The notes under the pieces are model-generated. The model did not search any database. It saw only the letters and a list, made by a program, of their open reading frames with translations, and had not been told where the DNA came from. From NCBI GenBank assembly GCA_965644295.1, contig CBFFRP010000145.1, positions 1 to 64,000 of the forward strand: 64,000 bases of DNA, given 5' to 3'. The position numbers and the translations under genes were made by a program. The number at the start of each line of letters is the position of its first letter. The first letter of the stretch is position 1. This stretch comes from Paraphysomonas bandaiensis. Taxonomy: Eukaryota > Protista > Chrysophyceae. This document shows, in pieces, positions 11,098-21,720 of this stretch.

Positions 11098-13257
11098 ATG
11101 AGGCCTCTGGATTGCATCTTATGTTTAGCGTTATTTGCAGTCGCATTAAGTCGACCTGAAAGACAGACTTCATCCAAGAAGAAGAGCAACCTCCCCCAAG
11201 CAATTGAGGCAGCATGCGCAGGTGACTTGTGGAGAGCTCAGAGTATGATTCAGCGCAATCAGGACGCAGGATCTCTTCACGCCAGAGCATCTCTCGACCT
11301 CATATTAGATGCCAATATAGAGGACGCTGGGCTGTGGTTCGAGGTTGCCAAGGACATGGATAAGACGGTCGTTCCACCTCTAGCTAAACTACATCTTGAT
11401 GGGAGGAGCTGTAACGGTCTGTCGGATATATTTTATATCGCAGCTGTCAGCATTAAGAAGCTCGTTGATTCTCAATTTAGTGATAAAAATTCTTACCAAG
11501 CGCATCTTACTATGATCACACTTCTGAGTGATTCGGGTTTGTTCGCTGAAGCTGAGACTCATCTAAAACATGCCCTTGAATTAATGCCTCATGACTCATC
11601 TCTGCAGATTCGGTCTGCTCTGATGACCCCAGCGGTGTACAACTCCACGGAACACATAAGCTCCACCCGTGCGCTATTACAACAGCGCCTGGACAACATA
11701 TCTAGCGACCAATCGTTCAATTTGGCTGGTTTAGACGAGTTTGCTCTGTCGCCCACATTTTACCTTGTCTACCAGGGCTACAATGACGCATCATTTCTCA
11801 CCCAGCTGCAGAAGGTTTACTCCCGTGGCTTCCCTGCTATCAGCAAATACATAGACGCCAGGCCTGGTTACCTTCTTGGCACCCCATCTGAGCGCTTCTC
11901 GAAGGAAGGAACAGAGCAAGACAAGCGGATTGTGCGCGTGGGCTTTGTGTCTTCACACTTGCGACAACACTCCATATGTAAACTTTTCTGTGGTCTAATA
12001 ACAGGTCTTGCATCGCATACCCATATTCCCAGCAAAGGGGAAGATGCACTGGAATTCGAGGTGTTTGTATTTTCTGGCCAGGATAGGTCCAAGGAAGATG
12101 CACACACGTCTCGTCTTCGGACAGCAGTAAAAGAGTTTGTAACTGTAAACAAGTTTACCGTTATCTCTCGTCGTGAGGTGACATCTCGTCGAATAGATTT
12201 GTTGATATACCTGGATGTTGGAATGGACCCGTCAACATCTGTCTGGGCAGCCTCTAAGCTAGCTCCCGTGCAAGCTGCTCTATGGGGCCATCCCACTACC
12301 ACTGGCATGCCATCCATGGACTATTTTATATCCTCCGACCTTTACCATAAGGACTCGCATACTGCTATTGGCAAAGCCACGGAAGAAGCGTACTCTGAAC
12401 AGCTTGTTCGCCTCCCGTTCTCTGCGTTGGGATTTGTTTTTTCACTCCCCACCCTGTCATTACCTGGCCCGACAACAGATTCAGAAGTTCAGACACCAGA
12501 GAAACTCATCAGCCGTCCTGTAGAGTTGATGAACGGTATTTCCGCGCTTATGCCAAACCCTTCACGAGGATCAGACGGGAATGATACTGTTTCCTCACTG
12601 GCCGAGCTAGTTGAGCTTAAACAATCTGGAGCGAGACTTGTGCTCGTACCTCAGCATCTTCCTAAGTTCCATCCCGATATGGATACAATTTTATCACAGG
12701 TACTTTCCCGTGTCCCCTCTGCTCGAATCGTAATAACATATGAACCCCGACGTACAATGTGGCGACGGACTCTGGAGATGCGCTGGATGAAGGAGGGAGG
12801 TTTCAATGAGGAAATGGTACGTGAGAGGGTGCTCTGGCTGCAGCAACTCAGTCCGCAGCAGTACCTTGGCCTGCTGACTGTTGGGGACGTGATGCTCGAC
12901 CCATTTCCTTTTGGCGGAGGTGTGACAACATTGGAAGCTTTAGCGGTATGTACTCCAGTTGTTACCCTTCCGACTCGGCAAACCGTCCCGGCCCTCGCCT
13001 CTGGAATGCTCCGGGCGGTATTCGAGGAATATAATCAGCATGATAACTCAATATTGCAGTCACTTGTATTCAATGACACGGATAAATTTGTAGACAACAT
13101 CGTGGCGTTACTCACCGACGATGCAAAGAGTACTAATATGCGGAAGAATGTATGCGACAATGTCAGCAAGCTCTATGACACACGTGAGATTGCACAACAA
13201 ACCATAGCGGCATGGGGGGAGTTCATTACCACTATAACAAAGAATAATTTTTACTAA
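11098..13257 (+). CDS. GT41 (SPINDLY/OGT/HMW1C-like) glycosyltransferase with N-terminal signal peptide and short TPR-like region, intronless
   Basis: Motifs RVGFVSSHLRQHSI, IDLLIYLDVGMD, KLAPVQAALWGHPTTTGMPSMDYFIS, LPKFHP and DVMLDPFPFGGGVTTLEAL...PVVTLP. The N-terminus MRPLDCILCLALFAVALS is hydrophobic. Confidence 0.9.
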   Translation: MRPLDCILCLALFAVALSRPERQTSSKKKSNLPQAIEAACAGDLWRAQSMIQRNQDAGSLHARASLDLILDANIEDAGLWFEVAKDMDKTVVPPLAKLHLDGRSCNGLSDIFYIAAVSIKKLVDSQFSDKNSYQAHLTMITLLSDSGLFAEAETHLKHALELMPHDSSLQIRSALMTPAVYNSTEHISSTRALLQQRLDNISSDQSFNLAGLDEFALSPTFYLVYQGYNDASFLTQLQKVYSRGFPAISKYIDARPGYLLGTPSERFSKEGTEQDKRIVRVGFVSSHLRQHSICKLFCGLITGLASHTHIPSKGEDALEFEVFVFSGQDRSKEDAHTSRLRTAVKEFVTVNKFTVISRREVTSRRIDLLIYLDVGMDPSTSVWAASKLAPVQAALWGHPTTTGMPSMDYFISSDLYHKDSHTAIGKATEEAYSEQLVRLPFSALGFVFSLPTLSLPGPTTDSEVQTPEKLISRPVELMNGISALMPNPSRGSDGNDTVSSLAELVELKQSGARLVLVPQHLPKFHPDMDTILSQVLSRVPSARIVITYEPRRTMWRRTLEMRWMKEGGFNEEMVRERVLWLQQLSPQQYLGLLTVGDVMLDPFPFGGGVTTLEALAVCTPVVTLPTRQTVPALASGMLRAVFEEYNQHDNSILQSLVFNDTDKFVDNIVALLTDDAKSTNMRKNVCDNVSKLYDTREIAQQTIAAWGEFITTITKNNFY

Positions 13258-13893
13258 TATTCTAATCGAACAATAATAATAACATCGTACTGCTTAGTTG
13301 TCGTGCTGATTGTGTCGTGTAGCCGTAGGGCCGAATATGTATTGATGCCTTCCATAGTACGTAATACCTTCCATAGTACGTAATACGCAAGAGTTGTAAA
13401 GACACATCATTATCAATTCTAAGAGCAATTTAGAGGTTGCTAGAGGTGGTATGTACGTATGTCGTATGCTATATGCCTATATACGATGAGGACACGTAGC
13501 TAGCTCGCGTAATGAACTAATATTTATACTTGACACAGCTTTCAGTAGCATTAGACTTCTACATTATATTTAACACAGATTCCCTGGATATCAGTCTTGG
13601 CAGTAACTATTGTCTTGGGAATTCGATCCTTCTCATTAAACATTAAACTCAATGAACTTTCTTGGAGATTCTAAAATATGAAGTACCTATGATTGCGCTT
13701 CAAACAAAGTACAGTGATGGTCACCAATCACTAACACTTGCACGAGTTTGCCATTGTCTTCACTATATTACTAACGTTACCATTACGATATGCAACAAGA
13801 TACACATTTCATCGACATATTGTTGCCTATCAAAGAATAATTCTGAAAGTAGCCTGTCACATGAAAACAACAAATTCATGTTGTTATTTGCCA

Positions 13894-15059
13894 TTAATCC
13901 TTCATCCGAGCAACGCGATTAGCCTGAATTTTATCCTCCAGAACATCTCCTGCCGCTTTGAATCCTTCCGCACCTCCGTACTTAAAGTATATCACAGCGA
14001 AGGCAAAAAGTGACATAAAAGCATTTGACTTCATTGCAGCAACAATACTCGGCCTTCCACCATAGCGGGTGGGCACTCCAACAACCAAATCATTACTCTT
14101 TTCGCCTGCATTAAAGTTAGGGCTATAAATATGACCTGTTCATTCGCAAACCTAGGTTTAGAATTCCATGCCAAAACCATGGCGGGTTAATAAGCACATC
14201 ACCAGGATTCAAAACAGCAGTGTATCTCTCAATTTTATTCATCCAAGGGGAGACTGCTTCCCCATTCTTCCCAACCAGGGTATGAGTATGAGCAGAGAAG
14301 CCGTTAACATTGATGGACGGCTTCAGGTATGGCGTCTGTGAAGGAGGAATAAACCACCACTTCTTCCTCCCAACCATCTGGCGGAATCTGTCAGAATATA
14401 CATCATCACACCAATCATAATAAAAGAGTGACTACTTACATATTCACCCCAATTGCTGAATGAATATCTGATCCCATATCCTTGAGACCCATAAAAATCT
14501 GAGTCGAGACGCGTTCACTGGGCTCCAGCATTTTGAGACGATCGTCCTCAACCATATTCGCTAAATCTGGATTTTTGGTAAATATCTTGGATGCTCCAGA
14601 AATATAAAAAGGATTGTTTCGCTCAATTTCATCAAAGAAGTCTTTGATCGTGCAAGAAGGTCGGACATGGTCAAGTGTGCCACAGAGAATACCTTCATCC
14701 GGATAGTTTTGTAGCCACCAGTCCGACGAGGACCACTCTTTCACACCACTTGTATTCACCAAAACCTCACGAATAACAATAGGAAATGTGAAACCGTGAC
14801 TCAAACGAATAACATCTTCTTTTGTAAAGCTGTTAGCATGCAGCTCAGGTATAGAGAGCTCTTCTCTCTCCGGCAAACGGGACACAAGAAAATTATGATA
14901 CTCATTAAATGCAGCAGATTCGAATATCTTCCATGGTGTGAAGTAATCCGCTAACATGAAAACATATATCCAGAAGTTTGGTAAGTAAACGAGAGTGATT
15001 ACTATGAGAGCGGGCAGGCCGAATATATACAGCTGAGGGTTGCGCTTTCCTTTCGCCAT
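13894..15059 (-). CDS. JmjC/cupin-8 Fe(II)/2OG oxygenase-fold protein with N-terminal TM anchor and an HxA...H metal motif (3 exons: 15059-14440, 14387-14152, 14105-13894)
   Basis: The spliced sequence TQIFMG...GSDIHSAIGVNIFRQMVGRKKWWFIPP...LNPGDVLINPPWFWHGILN matches the FIH/JMJD5-type JmjC core. GT-AG introns of 52 and 46 nt restore the frame. Confidence 0.88.
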
Positions 15060-16233
15060 AACAGCCAATCAACACAATAATTCAATTATCTCAGCAGCAC
15101 CAGCTTTCTTTGATGTGATGTATATGAGGATCAGTGAGGCGGGGTTGTGTGCATAGGCAGCAGCGGCCCAGCAGAAGTATGTACAGTGTAGGCATGTCTG
15201 TGTAGGGCTCAATACCACGCATTGATGGACCAAAAATATCCCACATGTGGGCGCTTTCATATGGCTGACAATCATCTTGTGGTACAGTATACTACAGCCG
15301 GTATACGTCGAATACTTGTACAAGGCAGTATATCTACCGCCCATATGTATGTATCTATGTATCCATCTCTCTATATCTCCTCCGGTGTCTCCCATATGAT
15401 CCGACAACATCATGGTGCCATGACACAAGTGAAGGCTATGTGTCCCCGAACATACGGCTATTGATGACAAATAGAAAGAGAAGTTATTTCTTATGATGAC
15501 ATGATATGATGATCATGTGGGTGTCCTGCAGTGATATGTGGAACTGGGGCAGCATGAGCAGCTATGAGCAGCTGTTACTATACGAAATTTATGTAAAATT
15601 CTTTGTAGCATATTGCTATATACGTTGAATTTAGTTCTGTCATTAGGGGCTTGATTCGTGTGGTGTCATTGAGGGAACAACAACATACATTTAAGTGGAG
15701 CTCACAAAGTCACAATGTAATGACCTCCACATGAGGAGTCGCTCGCTGTTCTTAATGTTACAATTAGAAAGCGCTCTTGATGCGGCTAATATCTTGATAT
15801 CTCTAATTTGTAAGGTCTTCATTCTGCATAGCCATTCGTCTTACAACAAGCAGTATTGTAATTAGTCAATATGAATGTCGTAACTGTAAAATTGTAGCAG
15901 AAGTAATGTTCACAACGTCGCTTACATACTAGATTGCACAAAGAAAAAGAACCGAAAAAGTAAACGGCGCAACGACATCTATATTAAACTTTGCCCCAGT
16001 ATCAAATAGAGAACATTGGTGGAATCTAAGATACTAGCACCAAGTCCCATCACAGTATGCACACAGAGGTGCGTAAGAATGTAAATTTAAAAGGGAAGAG
16101 TAATGATGTCAACATTTTATCTTTCTTGTTGTTTTTGCTGCATTCCATTCAATATAAGCTCAAGTTAATTAGTGTTATAGTCTTATGAGGAAGTATGATC
16201 AGACGACACAATGAAAGTGGTATTGAATTGAAT

Positions 16234-17393
16234 CAGGGTTAGGGAACAATATATTGTATTGCAATACATTGTACAATATATCGATTGATGGACTGGTCAA
16301 ATATTCAGTTAAAGTAGCTCACAATATATTGCAATATACTGCAATCAATATTATGATAGTCACATACAGAAAGCTTCTTAACTGTAGGGTAAAAAATATA
16401 TGTCCATGCATATAAATCTCCGTTCAGACAGTGATTATTGCAACAATAGAGAGGACGATGAAGCTGAAGTTGGATATATGGAGAAAATTTCTCAATCAAC
16501 TAAAAAATTTAAGAAACGGAAATTGAAATATCTAAATACAGGTGCACGAGTCATGTAGTATGTACTTCCAATACATGTGAACGCCTGTCCAGCGCAGCAA
16601 AACTGATTATATCAGTGTTGCGCAAACGTATGCATCCTACTACACTTAATATGCTGATGTTTCTGAAAGCTAACCGACAGTTGTGGCCGGATGCAAGCAT
16701 ATTTCAATTAATATTGGATGAATATGGTGATGGTGATGTCACCGATGATGGCTCAGAGGATGAGTATGAGGAAACTTTTAATCAGTTAAGAGTAGTGGGT
16801 CTGATTATCAAGTGACCTTAGACCTTATAATGACAAGTACTAAAAACGACGGATGTGTTTAGTTACTGATTAGATATACTAATATATGGCAATATATTGT
16901 ACAATATATAATATATTGCAATAGTATTGTAGGACCGGTTTAAAAACTCCATCAATAATCAATACTATTGATGGAACGCTATCTAACAACAGGGCTGCGT
17001 AACAATTAATTGTAATTGCAATTAAATTACATGGAACATAAATAATAATTGCAATTATAATTGCTCGCTGGAAGGTTGCAATTAAATTGCAATTAATTGG
17101 CAATTATTTACTATATGTATTAGGACATAATACTAGAATTAGAAGTTGAAAAACATTTAGGTCAATAGTCAATAGAGCCATTTATTGCCCTTGTAATGGC
17201 CATCACCCTTAATGGCTATTATAACGGCTATTCAAATGGTGGGAAGAGGTTGTCCTCTCATTATAAATATCTTTACATTAAGAGAAGTACCTTGTTCTTT
17301 GTACGGTCGATTATGTGTCTTTACTCTTGACCTTGAGCAACAAGACTAAGTTCAGCTAACAATAGTATAGCAATATATTTTTCTCTATCCCTG
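16234..17393 (+). mobile_element. Non-autonomous hAT DNA transposon, copy 1, with 8-bp TSD and nested insertion
   Basis: TIRs cagggttagggaacaatatattg ... caatatatttttctctatccctg. TSD AATTGAAT at 16226-16233 and 17394-17401. Internal hAT C-terminal dimerisation remnant CTSNTCERLSSAAKLIISVLRKRMHPTTLNMLMFLKANRQLW at 16561-16686. Confidence 0.93.
16990..17355 (+). mobile_element. Probable second hAT-like MITE fragment nested in copy 1
   Basis: Begins cagggctgcgtaacaattaattg (CAGGG terminus) with attgcaatt subterminal repeats. Flanked by direct repeat CTAACAA (16983-16989, 17356-17362) and absent from the 49172 copy. No right TIR is visible. Confidence 0.6.
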
Positions 17394-17678
17394 AATTGAA
17401 TAACCGGAAATAAAGTAAATCTGTACAATAGTAAGGAAGAATGGGAAATAGTTATATATTAACTTATACTGAGATACTGAAGTATCACCGCTAAAATTCA
17501 CCTTACAGTGGGTACTTCAAATATTGCATTCGAAAACCAAATAATACTTTATTACTTATCGGTTGTCAACTTGGTTCAGTCACATGCTACAAGCATCTAT
17601 AGAGCTAATCAGCACAACTTAATAGCTTAGGCTTTAAACAGCGACTGTTGCACATCCATGAACAGTAGTTTCTGAGCT

Positions 17679-19055
<1,377 letters not shown>

Positions 19056-19520
19056 ATCAGCTTGTATAGCGCACGCTCGAAAGGTATTTACGGTAGAGTG
19101 GACCAGCTGGGTGCTATTAATATACAGTACTGTGACATAACGAGAGGCAGCCCAGCAAACCAGCTGCAATAATAATACTGTATATGCTGCTGTATACTGC
19201 ATATATATGCCACTGTACATGCCATGCATGTGCAAAAGAATACTGTACAATACTACAGCGATCAATCTACAGCAATGATGGAGATTCTGCACAAAGCAGA
19301 GGCAATCGAATCTATGGATCTCACGCACAGCGTATGAGTGTACGGTACAGATACAAGTGAGAGTGAGCATACGCCTGTACACACATATATACATGTATGT
19401 ACTACATATGCATACATGTGCACACACACGTACATATATGCAGCACTGCAGAGCACTGCATGAGATAGAGTGCCAGTCATCGCCCCATTCACTTAGCTTC
19501 ACAAAGATAGCGGGTTGGTA

Positions 19521-21092
19521 ATGGTAGTCATGAGGAAGCTCAATCGAACCTTATTCTCAGCAATGAGATCTCATATCAGCAAAGAGACGGTGCTGGCTGT
19601 GAATCTGCCGCGAGTTGAAAACTTTCGCTATGAGTCTGGTAGTAGCGATCAGGTTTGAAGAGATGAACACATGCAGCATGTATCTCATGGATAGCTATAG
19701 GGCTCCATGTTCCCCGCTGTAGCGCTTGCTCTTGCGACTGTCTTCTCAATGGGCGCATCATACAGCTATGCTGAGGAGCCCAAGGTACCCGCTAACTGGA
19801 AGAACGATAAGAAAGGTTAAGACATGCGTATATGATTTTTATTTTAATTGTGTTACATTTCTGTTAGAATCTCACAGTGGGTTAAAAATCTTTACTGGTA
19901 ATTCTAATCGTCCTCTCGCACAAGATATTGCGAACCAGCTGGGCATGTCCCTCGGAAAGATAACAGTGAATACTTTTGCTGATGGCGAAGTTAATGTTAT
20001 GGTTAATGAGAATGTTAGAGGGAAGGATGTCTACATTATTCAGCCTACCTCACCTCCTGTGAATGAAACCTTGATGGAATTATTGCTCATGATTAGCACT
20101 ATGAGACGCGCTTCTGCGAGAAAAATCACTGCAGTAATTCCATATTATGGATATGCACGACAGGACCGAAAAATGCAGGCGCGAGTACCCATTTCTGCAG
20201 CAGATGTAGCTCGCTTGCTAGAAGCTATGGGGGTAGATCGTGTGGTGGCTGTCGATTTGCATTGTGGCCAAATTCAGGTATCCCTCTGCGACAGCTATGT
20301 TTGAGTGGTAACATATATTCAGGGTTTTTTCGGCCCACGTGTTCCTGTTGACAATCTAGGGGGTGGAACTGTTGGAGTTTCCTACTTTGGTATAGACTCT
20401 GTCAATGTCTTTAATTACAACTTACACTTTTTATGAAAAAGGTGACATGGATCTACACAACCCTGTCATTGTCTCCCCCGATGCTGGCGGTGTATACAGG
20501 TGCCGCTCTATGTGACATTACCTGATCAGTTAGTAATTTTTGATTTCAGGGCTAAGAAGTTTCGAGAGTCTCTGATGAAGAAGCATGACATGGAGCCCGG
20601 GCTGGCTATGATTGTTAAACAGCGTGGTAAACCCGGCGAAATCGAGAAAATGGATCTTGTAGGCTCTGTGGCTGATTGTGATGCGATAATAGGTGAAAAA
20701 TAAAATCGCTATTTTATATGCCGCAGAGTGTTAATGCGGGGTATTTGTATAGTGGACGATATGGTAGACACTGCAGGAACTCTGTGTAAAGCAGCGGATG
20801 TGTTGCAGAGTCACGGCGCTCGGCGAGTGTTTTGCTTCGCCTCGCATGGAGTGTTTTCAGGACCTGCACCTGAACGCATCGCGGCTTCAGCATTGACTGA
20901 ACTTGTTGTGCTCGACACCATTCCTCTCAGTCCCCAAGCTGCGGTACTATTAATTGTGAAAGTTTGTAAAACGTATCTAATTTGTGTGTTTAGGCCACAG
21001 GAAAAATCACACAGCTTCCAGTTGGACCAATGCTTGCTCAGGCAATCAACAATATCCACTACAAGAAGAGCATTTCTGCATTGTTTAAGTAA
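19521..21092 (+). CDS. PRPS: Ribose-phosphate pyrophosphokinase (PRPP synthetase) with N-terminal extension (multi-exon)
   Basis: [101 protein letters not shown]. The start (19521 or 19530) is inferred through two short introns. Confidence 0.95.
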
Positions 21093-21720
21093 TTAGTATG
21101 GGTTTGGCTGTGTGTCAGCTACATTATTCATACTCTGCGGATTGTGATTTCTTTCGGTAATGGACTGCACAGCACGTCGCACAACTATTCTAGGAAATAC
21201 ATGCATATGAGAAATAGATTATGTACCATTATTGCGGCCCTAGTAGCGTGAAAATAAGTGTGAGCGTAAGTGTGGTCAAGAACTAGGTGACTGGCTTTAT
21301 GGTATACTTGTTGAATGCTAGCCACCACTGTCTAATAAAGTATAATTGACTGGTAGGCAATAATTTTTTGTTGATATCCTAGTAAATTTTGAGGGCGTAT
21401 GACTTCTCCCAGAAGCTCAACTGCTTATTCGTGTACAGTTTACTATAAAAGCCATACTGTTCCATAAGTGTACTTAGTCGAAACAGTGAAAATATATATG
21501 TGTTGGCATCTGGGATGATTCCTCCAACTCCGCATCGTATATAGTATATAGTATAATACTATGTTGTTACATTGTAAATAGTAAATAGAACTTTAAATAT
21601 ATCTACTTATACACCCAACTAGCCAATGAACTATAGCAAGATTTACTTTTAAAACAATAAGCAGCACATTGCTACGCCCACATTCCGTTTTGAGAAGTAG
21701 TCATGTCAATATAGATTACT

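Noticed and set aside
13348-13385. 19-bp tandem duplication downstream of GT41
   Set aside because: An ordinary local duplication with only two copies and no further structure.
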